Positions 9,051 through 19,521 of a stretch of 50,689 nt of DNA are shown here, one piece after another (the first letter of the stretch is position 1; every line of letters begins with the position of its first letter). The translations under genes and the position numbers were made by a program. Location of the stretch: NCBI GenBank assembly GCA_965372715.1, contig CBDVDH010000024.1:1-50689 (forward strand). The letters run 5' to 3'. The DNA comes from an uncultured bacterium. Its GTDB lineage: Bacteria > B130-G9. The notes beneath the pieces were generated by a model. The model saw only the letters and a list, made by a program, of their open reading frames with translations, was not told where the DNA came from and ran no database searches.

Positions 9051-9412
9051 ACGAATGCCATGTCCACACAGAAGTCTCCGGCTGACTCCACGAACGCGCT
9101 CAAAGCCCAATCTTTGTCCAAGTGTTCCATCCGCTCATGCGCCTCGTCCACCGACAGAGATGTCTGGATGCAGACGAACAGCTCACCATCCTCGCGGTCA
9201 GCCTCGGGATCGACCGATACCTCGAGCACAACTGGCACGCCCTTGCCAAAATGCTTCTCGATTCTGGCCTTTGCCTGCAAGAGCAGGGCAACAAGATGCG
9301 GGCGCTCACGAATGAAGCCTATGACATCCTGTCTATTGCGAAAGCCATACATCCGCTCAAGATGCTTCAGATCAAGCTCCGGTGCCTTGACGGCCGGCCG
9401 TCCTGTCGTCAT
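9047..9412 (-). CDS. Hypothetical HEPN-partner protein, second copy (121 aa)
   Basis: ATG 9412 with purine-rich GGAAGGAAG upstream; paralog of 7036-7698; ATGA overlap with the HEPN fragment. Confidence 0.75.
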   Translation of the reverse strand: MTTGRPAVKAPELDLKHLERMYGFRNRQDVIGFIRERPHLVALLLQAKARIEKHFGKGVPVVLEVSVDPEADREDGELFVCIQTSLSVDEAHERMEHLDKDWALSAFVESAGDFCVDMAFV

Positions 9413-9679
9413 CGTGCTTCCTTCCCAACAGATTTGTGGCTCTGATCTACTCAAGAACAATAACCCTGACGCCGCCGCCCTGCAATACCGAAGAGACTCT
9501 GCCCAATTGAGCGAGGCGTGCTGCGCCCTGTTTCGTGCCACACTGCCAGAGGCTGTCCAATAAGTGCATTGCTGGGGATTTCGCTGTCCATTCGCAGAGT
9601 AATGATACGTCAGATTCGTCAGATTTTCAAAATCAACGAGCATCGTCTTCATTCGCGACATAATCGTCGGAATTGGGCC

Positions 9680-9784
9680 GTAGGGGCGTGGTCTCAGACC
9701 CGCCCGCTTTATGGATTGAACAGAATCCGGCGTCGAGAGCTTAGCAGTCAATTAGAACGGGCGGGTCTGAGACCGCGCCCCTAC
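9680..9784. repeat. REPIN-like inverted REP doublet
   Basis: 27-bp arms GTAGGGGCG(T/C)GGTCTCAGACCCGCCCG, 26/27 identical, inverted, ~51-bp spacer. Confidence 0.85.
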
Positions 9785-9926
9785 ATCTCCAGAATCCGAA
9801 TTATTGGACAGCCCCTACAAGTCAGGGTCAAGCCCCTTGCTCGGAGGTGAGTTGGCAGTTATGGTCTATGGGATGAACGTCCGGGATGGCCTACGGATGC
9901 GCGGAGCAGTTGGAAAGCGATGGGAT

Positions 9927-10202
9927 TCAGCGGGCGAAATACCGATAGTAGATGAACAAGAGGATGCCAGTCGCAGTCGCCAAGACCGCATACGCGTAGA
10001 ACACGGCTAGATTCGGTTCAAAGAACGTCAGGATATACATCCCGGCGATGGCCACCATCCCAATCGCGAAGATGGTTATGAAGACCCTTATCTCGCGGGG
10101 GCGGAGCTTCAGCAGAAAGACCAGGGCGAATATGCCCACACAGACTGCCACCACAAGAACGATGAATCTAGCGTCCCCAAACATCTCAGCCACTTCTGCC
10201 AC
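9927..10202 (-). CDS. Small hypothetical membrane protein (3 predicted TM helices)
   Basis: Three hydrophobic segments in 91 aa. Confidence 0.6.
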   Translation of the reverse strand: MAEVAEMFGDARFIVLVVAVCVGIFALVFLLKLRPREIRVFITIFAIGMVAIAGMYILTFFEPNLAVFYAYAVLATATGILLFIYYRYFAR

Positions 10203-10314
10203 TCTACTAAACCACCCCTATCAGTTAGCATGAAGCTGCTAGCGTAGTTCTCAGAATCAGCCAATAGCCCATTAGACAATTACACAATGGCAACGCTATG
10301 TCAAGGCGCTCAAC

Positions 10315-10343
10315 TTGCCAGCATCGGGCCTTAATGTTAGATT
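10315..10343 (+). promoter_or_regulatory. Putative sigma70 promoter of the glycan gene block
   Basis: TTGCCA-N17-TAGATT. Confidence 0.4.
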
Positions 10344-10430
10344 CGACGCCAGGTTATCTTCTCCTGACACACACTGACACTGCAAAATAACGTCAATTGC
10401 TCGTTCAAGGTCAACAGCTTTGGAACAGGG

Positions 10431-11792
10431 ATGGCTCTCTTGATTGCCGCTGTCTTTCTCGCGTGCCTTCTTATGCTCGCGTTGCTTTCGGCCAGAAGCC
10501 CCGCGGCGGCAATCGCTATAGCTGTTTTCTTCTTCCCTTTTGAGAATTACTACCAGCTCGGAGTAACTGTAACCAGCAACGAGCTCCTAATCGTCGCCAT
10601 CTCCTTGGGATTGCTGGCTCGATTGATTGGTAGGAAAACGTGCTACAAACGGATTCTGAAGGTTTGCCTGCTTTTCTTGCCGTTCTGTCTGTCAATGTGC
10701 ATCTCAGCAGCGCTTTCGGTATCGTTTCCGGACGCGGTCAAGGAGGTCCTCCGTTGGCTCTCGTTCTTTGCGATCTTGGCGGCAGCGGCGTCGTCGATGC
10801 GAGGCGCAAGTGACGTCCGAAGGCTATCAGGATGGCTCGTCGCGGCAAGTGTCCCGGCGTCGGTTTATGGCATCTTTCAATCGATCCTGGGCCTGCCGGC
10901 CGCCGCGTTTGAGCTCGAACCGCATTCGCGAGTCGATTCGCTCTTCTGCCTAACGACGGGATGGCACGTCAGGGCGCATTCATTCTTCAACCAGGCCAAC
11001 TCGTTCGCGTGCTACCTTATCATTGTTCTGCCTCTATCTCTGTTCTTGTCGGTGCGAAGCAGAACGAGGCTGGGCAAGGCCGCCGCCACTTGTGCGGTTG
11101 CTCTGAACCTCGTCGCCCTGATGCTCACGTTCTCTCGCGCCTCATGGCCACTGGCTTTCCTCACCATCGTTGCGTTCTTTCTACTGGCTAGGAGAAGGGC
11201 GCTTCGTGAAACGCCCCTACATCCCAGAACTGGCGCGCCCAGTCGTCCGGGACATCTGAGGCTGATTGCGCCTTCGCTGATTATTGTAGCGCTTGTTCTG
11301 GTGGCCGTTCTCCTCTTCCGAGGCGCGGACCTTTCAACACTTGTGTCCAGGCATTCGGGCGTCCAACGGCTGAATCTGTATCGCGCCGGGCTCTCGATGA
11401 TCGCCCAAAAGCCCTGTCTTGGCCACGGGCCGGGCAACTACAGCTATGCGGCCGCGAGCGTCAACATGACACACGACGAGGAGAGACTGAAACGAGCGCA
11501 CCTTCACAACCTCTACCTTCAGGTGGCCCTTGAAACAGGGACACTCGGCCTGTGCTTGTTTCTCATCTTTGTTGTGTCCGTTATTCGGTTGGTCTGGCGA
11601 GGCGTGCGCGAGGCACGGACCGCGGAGGCGAGAGGCCTTGCCGCGTCATTGTGCGTTTCCGCGTGCGCTTTTTTCTCCTACAACATGATCGACATCTATC
11701 GCTACCACGGGGTCCACCTCGTCGCGGCCGCAATTATGGGAGCGGGCATCGCGATGACAAGGCTGAATGATCGCTCAGAGGGGAAGTGTTGA
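10431..11792 (+). CDS. O-antigen ligase/Wzy_C-family membrane protein
   Basis: RAHSFFNQAN, LTFSRASW, R..LY......I...P.LGHGPGNY, HLHNLYLQVALETG. Confidence 0.88.
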   Translation: MALLIAAVFLACLLMLALLSARSPAAAIAIAVFFFPFENYYQLGVTVTSNELLIVAISLGLLARLIGRKTCYKRILKVCLLFLPFCLSMCISAALSVSFPDAVKEVLRWLSFFAILAAAASSMRGASDVRRLSGWLVAASVPASVYGIFQSILGLPAAAFELEPHSRVDSLFCLTTGWHVRAHSFFNQANSFACYLIIVLPLSLFLSVRSRTRLGKAAATCAVALNLVALMLTFSRASWPLAFLTIVAFFLLARRRALRETPLHPRTGAPSRPGHLRLIAPSLIIVALVLVAVLLFRGADLSTLVSRHSGVQRLNLYRAGLSMIAQKPCLGHGPGNYSYAAASVNMTHDEERLKRAHLHNLYLQVALETGTLGLCLFLIFVVSVIRLVWRGVREARTAEARGLAASLCVSACAFFSYNMIDIYRYHGVHLVAAAIMGAGIAMTRLNDRSEGKC

Positions 11793-13246
11793 ACCTCCTC
11801 CAGCGCGTCTTCGTGAACGTATCTTTCAAGGGCCTGAGCGAGGTTGGGCGGAAGCTCATCGGCTTCGGGTTCTTCGTGTTTTTGGCCAACACGCTTGGCG
11901 ACGAGGGTGTGGGCGAGTATGGCTTCATGCTGCGCTACACGAACCTCTTCGCGATGGTTGTCGATGCAGGGCTGAACACGCTCTATGCAAGAGAGGCGGC
12001 AAAGGACCCCGAGAGCCGGCAGAAGATCATGTCCGCTCTGCTTTTGATCAAGCTCATTCTCTCGGCTGTGATGGCTGTTCTCATCACGTCAGGGACCTAC
12101 ATTCTCATCGCGGTCGGGAGGCTTGGCCTCTCTGCCGGAGAAACTGGCACGCTGACGCTGTTTGCGTTGTATTGGGTTCTGAACACGGCGATCGACCTCG
12201 TCAACGCCGTGTATATCGAGCGGCAGAAGCTGGCCTACGACGCCGCGATCAACATCGGCCATCGAGCACTAGCCGTGCTGATTGGTATTGTCCTTGTACT
12301 GGTGTTCAGAAACGTCTTCGCTGTGTCGGTTTCCTACGTGATAGCGGCCATTATCTCGCTCGTTGTAACGTGCTTCGTTGTGTCCTCGAGGTTCGACATC
12401 AAGCCCTGGCCCAGGATCGGCACGGGGCGGGTTCGGCATCTTCTCTTTGAGGCGCTTCCGCTCATATTCTCCATTTTCTTTTCCTTTGTCTATTTTTACA
12501 TGGATGTCGTGATGCTCCAGATATTCACTAGCAAGGCCGTCGTGGGATGGTATCTGGCCGCATTCCGTATCCTGGAGTTCACGCTGCTCCTGCCGGGCGC
12601 AGCGGCGATGGTTGTGCTGCCGCTCTTCGCCAAGCAGTTCGTAAAGGACAGGGAGCAGTTGGTGATTATCTCCGGGAACATCGTCCGTCTGTTATTCGCG
12701 GCCGGATTCGCTGTCTGTATCGTTTTGGGGACGCTTGCAGGGCGCATAATAGCGATCTTCGGCAAGGACTTCGGCCTCGAGTCGCAGCTTGCGCTGCAAA
12801 TACTCGTCTGGACGGTCCCGCTGATCTACGTCGATTACGTCCTCATCTATCTCCTCGTCGCAAGCGGACACCAGCGAAAAAACGCAATCGCCGCGCTAAT
12901 CTGCGCCATACTAAACGTCTCGCTCAACTACTTCCTAATACCGATCTACAGCTACAAAGGGGCCGCCTTCGCCACGGTGATAACGCAGGTCCTGCTGATG
13001 ACGCTCAGCGCGCGCTTCGTTAGGAAGCCGCTGCCTACATTTCGGATGTATAGATACATAAGCCGGGTAGCGCCGGCCGGCCTCATGGCGGGCGGGACGC
13101 TTTGGTTGGTCCGAGGCGCTCTGCCGGAGCTCGCCTGCATCGTTACGTTGGCCGTCTTCGCCGCCAGTCTCTTGCTGTTCCGAGGCGTGACGAGGGCGGA
13201 CAAAGAGCTTCTCTTGCAGCTTTTGTCCCGGCGAGGAGCGAGCTGA
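11786..13246 (+). CDS. Wzx/MurJ-like polysaccharide flippase
   Basis: ~14 TM helices; LG.EGVGEY, DAGL, MDVVML, VGWYLAAFRI, LNYFLIPIYSYKGAAFAT. Confidence 0.9.
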   Translation: MLNLLQRVFVNVSFKGLSEVGRKLIGFGFFVFLANTLGDEGVGEYGFMLRYTNLFAMVVDAGLNTLYAREAAKDPESRQKIMSALLLIKLILSAVMAVLITSGTYILIAVGRLGLSAGETGTLTLFALYWVLNTAIDLVNAVYIERQKLAYDAAINIGHRALAVLIGIVLVLVFRNVFAVSVSYVIAAIISLVVTCFVVSSRFDIKPWPRIGTGRVRHLLFEALPLIFSIFFSFVYFYMDVVMLQIFTSKAVVGWYLAAFRILEFTLLLPGAAAMVVLPLFAKQFVKDREQLVIISGNIVRLLFAAGFAVCIVLGTLAGRIIAIFGKDFGLESQLALQILVWTVPLIYVDYVLIYLLVASGHQRKNAIAALICAILNVSLNYFLIPIYSYKGAAFATVITQVLLMTLSARFVRKPLPTFRMYRYISRVAPAGLMAGGTLWLVRGALPELACIVTLAVFAASLLLFRGVTRADKELLLQLLSRRGAS

Positions 13247-13276
13247 CCGGCGGTTGAGTGAAGTGAGAACATTACC

Positions 13277-15445
13277 GTGAGTCGGCGCAGAGCCTTTTGG
13301 CTCTTGATCTTGATAGTCTGCGTCCAAGTTGGCGCGAGCATTTTCTGGATAGCTTATGACGAACGCCCACCATGCGGTCAGGACTGCATCAGGCACACGC
13401 TAGATGCGGTGCGCGTCTTGCCACAAACAAGCCGCTTCATGACCGGCTTGATCGACATGATCGATCGGCATTTAGACGCCTACCCTCTTGCGCACAGAAC
13501 TGTCGTCGGCAGCCTCTTCCGCATTTTTGGTGTGGACAAGAGACTTGCGCTAGGCACATCCGCCCTGTGCTTCGCGTCGCTTATCTTGGTCGTATATGCG
13601 ATTTCGAGGGCTCTTGTTAAGGAAAACACCTTGCCCGCCCTGCTCGCTGCGTTCCTAGTCGGATGCTTCCCCGCCGTCTTCGCGGCTTCGCACTTCGACA
13701 ATCTCAGCATGATGCTGACGTTCGGTGTGGCCTTGAGCGTCTTGTGCCTCATTCGCAGCGACGGTTTTCGGGGGGCTGGCTGGTCCGCTGCGCTTGGCCT
13801 ATCGCTTGGATTTGGGCTTCTGGTGAAGTGGACCTTCTTCGTGTTTGTGGTCGGCCCCTTTGCACTGACTGTCGCTAGCGCCGCCCGCCAGGGCATCATG
13901 GCCAAGAGGCTGCGAAACCTCGGCATCGCGATCGCGCTTGCCCTCACGATCGCGCTGCCGTGGTATGTTCAGCACCTTGAAGACGTGCTCTCGCTTTTTC
14001 GGCTCAACAAGGATATCTACACGGGCACATATCCACCACACCCTTTCAACTTGTTCAGCCTCGGCTTTTACATCATCCGTTTCATAGGTGGGATGACGCC
14101 GGTCCTATCCGCTGTGGTTGTGCTCGGCTTTGTGATCCTCTTGATCAAGAAGAGATTAAACCGTGTCGCCATCCCCTTAGGCTGGGTCCTGGGTGCGTAC
14201 GCCATCATGGTGTTCTTCTATCCTAAGTGGCCGCGATACATGCTGCCGGCATACCCTGCGCTTGCGATTGTCGCTGGCCACGGTATCAGCTCATTGAAGC
14301 CATCGACTGGCCGGTCAGTCCTGATCACACTCATTGTTGCATTGGGACTGATAATGCTCTTGCAGAGCGTTATCCCCCATGATGTCATCGCCACCACCTT
14401 CAAGTCCTCGTTCTTCGAGCACCTCGTGACGCCTCTGTTCCCGACACGAGACGACTGGCAAATACCGCGCATCGTTCGTACAATCGCTGCTGACTGGGGA
14501 CGCCCTTCAGAGTTCTGCTCGGTAGCGGTGGCGCCGAAATTGCCGGCGTTGCAGGACATCTACTGCAACTTCGAGGCGATTGTGAATCAGAGAAAGAGGA
14601 TTCTCTTCACGACCTTGAGCAGTGACAGTTTTTTTTGGGGTCTGGTTGATTCGGACTATATCGTCACCAGGACCGGCCCATTCCTGACGTTGTCTTGGGA
14701 GGCCGAGATGTCGCCATGGGTTCCTGCCGACCGGCAGGTCGTGCTTCTGGAGAATCTGCTCGCCGATCCGCCAAGACTGTTAAGCCGACACTATCAACTG
14801 GTTGCCCGATTGAACGGCAGTGACGATCAGATCGTAACAATCTCGAAGCGGACCTCGAAGTTCACCGGGGATGAGCAAGTGGAGCTGCTGGAGCTACTTT
14901 CGCCGATCTTTCGCAAGAGGGAGCATAGGGACATTGCCCTCAGGATACTCTATCGTCGGAATGGGTGGTACAGGCGCTCGCGTGAGGTCTGGGAGCAACT
15001 GGAGGCCAAGGGCCTCAATCGCTCGTGGCTTGAGACGGCGCGGGGACCAGACCTCGTCGATGTTCTTGAGGCGGAGGACATGGTCCATAATTTCGGCGCG
15101 AACATCTTCGCGGGAAGACGTGTGCACGGTGGCTGGGAGATACTGCGACCGAGCACACAGCTCGGCCCCGTCTTGCTGCCGGACGGCAAAGCCTCAATGA
15201 GCCTCGTCGCCAAGTCAAGGCCCTGGAACGGCGAGTTCCCGACGATTCAGGTCTCGCTCGACGGGAAGCGGCTTTGGCGAGGCAAGATAACGTCCGAGGA
15301 GCCCCGTGTCTATCGATTTGAGGCGCGGGCTGGCAAGCGGCGTGGGATGCTCTCGATCAAGATGCTCGCCCCCGACGGTTCGGCCGGCAGCTCGCAAGGC
15401 TCTGTCCTCATCGACAAGGTGGTAATCCGGAAAGCGAGCGGCTGA
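13277..15445 (+). CDS. GT-C (ArnT/PMT, GT39-like) glycosyltransferase with extracytoplasmic C-terminal domain
   Basis: DERPP..D...H, GLLVKWTF, ALPWY, PRYMLPAYPALAI; beta-rich C-terminal region. Confidence 0.8.
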   Translation: MSRRRAFWLLILIVCVQVGASIFWIAYDERPPCGQDCIRHTLDAVRVLPQTSRFMTGLIDMIDRHLDAYPLAHRTVVGSLFRIFGVDKRLALGTSALCFASLILVVYAISRALVKENTLPALLAAFLVGCFPAVFAASHFDNLSMMLTFGVALSVLCLIRSDGFRGAGWSAALGLSLGFGLLVKWTFFVFVVGPFALTVASAARQGIMAKRLRNLGIAIALALTIALPWYVQHLEDVLSLFRLNKDIYTGTYPPHPFNLFSLGFYIIRFIGGMTPVLSAVVVLGFVILLIKKRLNRVAIPLGWVLGAYAIMVFFYPKWPRYMLPAYPALAIVAGHGISSLKPSTGRSVLITLIVALGLIMLLQSVIPHDVIATTFKSSFFEHLVTPLFPTRDDWQIPRIVRTIAADWGRPSEFCSVAVAPKLPALQDIYCNFEAIVNQRKRILFTTLSSDSFFWGLVDSDYIVTRTGPFLTLSWEAEMSPWVPADRQVVLLENLLADPPRLLSRHYQLVARLNGSDDQIVTISKRTSKFTGDEQVELLELLSPIFRKREHRDIALRILYRRNGWYRRSREVWEQLEAKGLNRSWLETARGPDLVDVLEAEDMVHNFGANIFAGRRVHGGWEILRPSTQLGPVLLPDGKASMSLVAKSRPWNGEFPTIQVSLDGKRLWRGKITSEEPRVYRFEARAGKRRGMLSIKMLAPDGSAGSSQGSVLIDKVVIRKASG

Positions 15446-15611
15446 AGGCCATCGCCAATTGTCCGTCGGGCCTCGACCAGCACATTCTGGGCACAGAGCT
15501 TATCCTCGCGCGAGATCGTGAATCACTCAGGTAAGGGGCTCGTCAGCTCCCCCTTGGCGCAAGTCGGAAGAGCGCCTTGGTTGGCGTGCCAAGCGCCACC
15601 ACCTTCCGGCG

Positions 15612-15647
15612 GTCATTTACACGATAGTCTCTATCATGTAGTGTGAC
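15612..15647 (+). promoter_or_regulatory. Putative promoter with palindromic operator for the UPF0175-DUF3368 pair
   Basis: TTTACA-N17-TAGTGT overlapped by TACACGATAG-TCT-CTATCATGTA. Confidence 0.45.
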
Positions 15648-15718
15648 TGCCGGTCTAAGAGGGATTTCATGGAATTGAGGATAAGGTCGGATGAAGTATC
15701 TGTCTGGAGGATGTCAAG

Positions 15719-15973
15719 ATGTCTATCCAATTAACAATCGAGCTTCCGGAAGATGTTTTTTCAGCTCTGCGGGCAAGTCCGGATGAATTTGCCAAGGAAA
15801 TGAGGCTGGCTGCCGCGGTCAAGTGGTATGAGATGGAGATGATCTCTCAGTCAAAAGCGGCCCAGGTGGCCGGCATCAGCCGGCAGGAGTTCCTTTCGGC
15901 ACTCAATCGCTACATGGTGTCGCCTTTCCAGAGTACGGAGGAGGAGCTGGTCGAGGAATTAGCGCGTGAGTAG
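15719..15973 (+). CDS. UPF0175 family putative antitoxin
   Basis: EMRLAAAVKWYE..MISQSKAAQVAGISRQEFL HTH pattern. Confidence 0.88.
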   Translation: MSIQLTIELPEDVFSALRASPDEFAKEMRLAAAVKWYEMEMISQSKAAQVAGISRQEFLSALNRYMVSPFQSTEEELVEELARE

Positions 15974-16451
15974 GAGATGGGTTGTCAACTCATCCCCCCT
16001 GATCATTCTGGCTAAAGTCAGCCATCTGGACCTCCTTACTGGGTTATGCAGTGAAATTGCCATCCCAGAAGGGGTTGCTCAGGAAATCGATCGGGGTCCA
16101 GGTAACGACCCGGCGAAAGCGTGGTTGAGAGCAGAAGGGCAGGCGTATCTTGTTCCGGCGCCTCCTGCAGAATCCGCTGTGGGAGAGTGGGACCTCGGAT
16201 TGGGAGAAGCACAAGTTATCTCATTCGCACGGAATAAGCCCGGTTTCGAGGTTGTCATCGATGATCGCGCGGCCAGAAGATGCGCGTTATCTTTCGGCAT
16301 TGCTGTCCGTGGGACCCTGGGCGTCATCTTGCTTGGCAAGCGGACTGGGCTGTTGTCGCGTGTTGAGCCAATCCTGAATGAGATGATTGGACTTGGCTTC
16401 AGAATAAAGCCCGAGCTGATGAGCGCGGCACTGAGGCTGATCAACGAATAG
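15966..16451 (+). CDS. DUF3368 PIN-domain putative toxin
   Basis: VVNSSPLI, LGLGEAQVI, VIDDRAARR, GTLGV. Confidence 0.88.
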   Translation: MSRRWVVNSSPLIILAKVSHLDLLTGLCSEIAIPEGVAQEIDRGPGNDPAKAWLRAEGQAYLVPAPPAESAVGEWDLGLGEAQVISFARNKPGFEVVIDDRAARRCALSFGIAVRGTLGVILLGKRTGLLSRVEPILNEMIGLGFRIKPELMSAALRLINE

Positions 16452-19400
16452 CGTCTGAAGCCTTGGGCTCGCTACTGCCTGGCTTGAAGCGAATGCGCTC
16501 GATAATGCTGTAGATTATCGGGATGACGAAGAGCGTCATCACCATGGAGATGGCGAGGCCGAACGCTATCGCCACGGCCATCGGCGAGCGCATCTCAGAG
16601 CCTTCGGCAGTGGAGAACGCCATCGGCAGCATAGCCATCATCGTGGTGAGTGACGTGATAAGGATGGGGCGGAAACGCGTAACTGCGCCTCTCATCAGCG
16701 CCTCGCCCTTATCAACGCCCTTGCGTCTGAGCTGGTTGATGTAGTCGATCATCACGATTGCGTTGTTGACGACGATTCCGACGAGAATGATGAGTCCCAT
16801 GAGGGATGGTGTCGATATGGTCTTGCCGAAGACTGTTAGGCCGATGACGACGCCGATAAGCCCGAGCGGAACCGTGAACATGATGACAAACGGCTGCCTG
16901 AAGGACTCAAACAGAGCGGCCATCAGCATATATACTATGAGCATGGCTGCAATGAACGCATAGATGAGCGCGGTGAAGGTCTCCTTTATGTCCGCAGCTC
17001 CGCCACCGTAGTCGATGAAGTATCCCCTCTGGAGCTGCATGTTGGCCAGGCCCTTCCTGATGTCGGCCATCACGGTTCCGAGGTCCCGATCAAATACGTC
17101 CGCGGTAACGGTTATTTTCCGCTCTTGGTTCTCCCTTGATAGCTTGATTGGGCCGGCGCCAAGCTCCGTCTTGGCCAGTTGATAGAGCGGAATATGAGCG
17201 CCGGTTGGCGTCGGGATATTGATATGGAGAATCTTCTCGATGGTATTTCTGTCGCTCTCGGCAAATCGCACGCGCATGTCGTATTCGTCGCCACCGACCC
17301 GGAACCGTGTGGCGATCTCACCCAGCGCGGCGTTTCTTATGTAGTCAGCGACCTGTCGGACGGAGAGCCCATGCTGCGACGCCTTGTCCCGGTCGATTTC
17401 TATTACCAGTTCCGGCTTGCCCTCCTTGAGGCTGATGTCGGCGTCGCGGATACCGGGCACGCCCTTGACGATCTTTAGAATGCGCTGACCGTAAGTCTTT
17501 AGAACCTCCAAGTCCTTGCCAAAGATGCGAATTGCGACATCAGATTTGTCGGCTCCGGAGCGAGTCTGGCCCGGCCCAAAGCCCGAAAAACTGAATGATG
17601 TCCCCTTGATCTTAGGAAGGACTTTACGTATCTCGTCCTGAATTGCATCGCTTGTCGTAGTTCGTTTGTCCGCGTCATCCAGCCTGATGAACATCATGCC
17701 GGCGTTAACATCCTCGGCGCCGGGGCCGTGGCCACCATCTTTTGGCCCGACGAAGGCGAGCACACCATCCACGCCTTCGAGGCCTTTGATGCTCCCCTCG
17801 ATGCCAGTTGCGATCTTGCTGGTTTGCTCAAGTTTGGTTCCCACCGGCAGCTTGAAGTTCATGACCAGCATCGGGTAATCGCTTGGGGGCATGAATTCAA
17901 ATCCGAGCATCGAGGCGCCGAGAATCGCAAGAATAAATATCACGAAGACCCCGAGTAGGACCTTTTTGCGGTTGAGAATCGCCTTCCGCAAGAGCCTCTC
18001 ATAGATCGCCTTTGGCTTTTTGAAGCTGCCGGCCGAATAACCAGAGATGCCTCTCCTAAAGAGCAACGACGCGATCATGGGAACAATCGTGGTCGCTACG
18101 ATAAGCGATGACAGAAGCGCGAGGCACACAGTAAGCGCCATCGGCCTAGCATACTGGCCGGAGACGCCCTTTATGAGCGCCATCGGCAGGAAGACTGCTA
18201 TTGTTGTGAACGTCGAGGCCGTGATTGCCATCATAACTTGCGAGGCGCCACTTTTGGCCGCTTCCTTGGCGCCCTTCTTTTGCTCGATGTATCTAAAGAT
18301 GTTCTCGATAACCACTACGGCGTTGTCAACTAGCATCCCGGCGCCAAGCGCGAACCCGACCAACGTCATCAGGTTGAATGTGTAATCCAACCAATACATC
18401 CCGATGAAGGCCGTTGTGATTGAGATAGGCATCGCCAGCGCTACCGTGATTGTGGGGCGCCATCTTCGCAGGAACAAAAACAAGAACACGAGCGCCAAAC
18501 CTGCGCCGATTAGAGCGTCGGTAAGCGTTCGATTGACCGTCGCCTCAATGAAAACCCCATGGTCCATGAGAGTCGCCATCTTGATGTCCGGCGGCATGAT
18601 GTCCTTCATCTCATCGAGCGCCTTTTGGACGCGCTTGACCACGGAGTAGGTATTGACACCCGATTGCTTGAGTATCGCGACCATGACGCAGTCCTTGCCG
18701 TCTAGCCTAGTATGATTGCGGACCTCCTTGTGCGTGTCCTCAACAGTCGCGACGTCGGAGATGCGTATCGGCACGCCGTCCCGGACCGCGACGACTGTCT
18801 TTCGGATCGGCTCCAGGCTTCTGTATTCGCCGAGCGTCCGTATCAGATACTCGGTGTAGTCGCGGGATACGTGTCCGCCGGAGATGTTGACGTTCTCTCT
18901 TCTTAGCGTCGCTACTACATTGTCCATCGAGAGGTTGTAGGACTTCAGCTTTCGCTCATCGATGGTGATATTTATCTCGCGCTGAAGGCCACCCATCACA
19001 AAAGCTATGGCAACGCCTTCGAGTCGCTCCAGGTAAGGAGACATGAAGTCCTCAAGATACTTGCGAAGCTCCATTGTGTTCTCCATGCCGGTTATGCCGA
19101 ACACGAGAACGGGCTGGTCGTTGGGGTCGTACTTCATGATAAGCGGATCGTCCGCGTCATCAGGCATATAGGCCGCCATCATGCCTACCCGGTCGCGGAC
19201 ATCCTGCGCAGCAAAGTCCAGATTGGCGTCCCAGTTGAACTCCACCATGACCATCGACTTGCCCTCACTGGAAGTCGAAAAGACCTTCTTGACGTTCTCT
19301 GCCCGGCTGACCGCCTCTTCGATGTTCTTGGTGATGGTCTCCTCGATCTCCTCCGAGGCGACGCCCTCGTAGGTCGTCACGACCGCAACTAGCGGGTAGT

Positions 19401-19521
19401 CGATGTCCGGCAGCAGGTCCAACCCAATCTGAAAGTAGGCCACAGCCCCGAACAGCACGATGATGAGAATGAACATCGTGGTGGCGACCGGTCTATCGAC
19501 CGAGAAATTGGCAAGCTTCAT
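16441..19521 (-). CDS. RND efflux permease (AcrB/SwrC-like), second copy
   Basis: Start ATG 19521 (TAATG coupling, GGAGG); GMLVDNAVVVIEN, RFRPILITSLTT. Confidence 0.95.
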   Translation of the reverse strand: MKLANFSVDRPVATTMFILIIVLFGAVAYFQIGLDLLPDIDYPLVAVVTTYEGVASEEIEETITKNIEEAVSRAENVKKVFSTSSEGKSMVMVEFNWDANLDFAAQDVRDRVGMMAAYMPDDADDPLIMKYDPNDQPVLVFGITGMENTMELRKYLEDFMSPYLERLEGVAIAFVMGGLQREINITIDERKLKSYNLSMDNVVATLRRENVNISGGHVSRDYTEYLIRTLGEYRSLEPIRKTVVAVRDGVPIRISDVATVEDTHKEVRNHTRLDGKDCVMVAILKQSGVNTYSVVKRVQKALDEMKDIMPPDIKMATLMDHGVFIEATVNRTLTDALIGAGLALVFLFLFLRRWRPTITVALAMPISITTAFIGMYWLDYTFNLMTLVGFALGAGMLVDNAVVVIENIFRYIEQKKGAKEAAKSGASQVMMAITASTFTTIAVFLPMALIKGVSGQYARPMALTVCLALLSSLIVATTIVPMIASLLFRRGISGYSAGSFKKPKAIYERLLRKAILNRKKVLLGVFVIFILAILGASMLGFEFMPPSDYPMLVMNFKLPVGTKLEQTSKIATGIEGSIKGLEGVDGVLAFVGPKDGGHGPGAEDVNAGMMFIRLDDADKRTTTSDAIQDEIRKVLPKIKGTSFSFSGFGPGQTRSGADKSDVAIRIFGKDLEVLKTYGQRILKIVKGVPGIRDADISLKEGKPELVIEIDRDKASQHGLSVRQVADYIRNAALGEIATRFRVGGDEYDMRVRFAESDRNTIEKILHINIPTPTGAHIPLYQLAKTELGAGPIKLSRENQERKITVTADVFDRDLGTVMADIRKGLANMQLQRGYFIDYGGGAADIKETFTALIYAFIAAMLIVYMLMAALFESFRQPFVIMFTVPLGLIGVVIGLTVFGKTISTPSLMGLIILVGIVVNNAIVMIDYINQLRRKGVDKGEALMRGAVTRFRPILITSLTTMMAMLPMAFSTAEGSEMRSPMAVAIAFGLAISMVMTLFVIPIIYSIIERIRFKPGSSEPKASDAIR

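Noticed and set aside
14629-14636. T8 tract in the GT-C gene as a phase-variation switch
   Set aside because: Short, in frame, and no evidence of length variation
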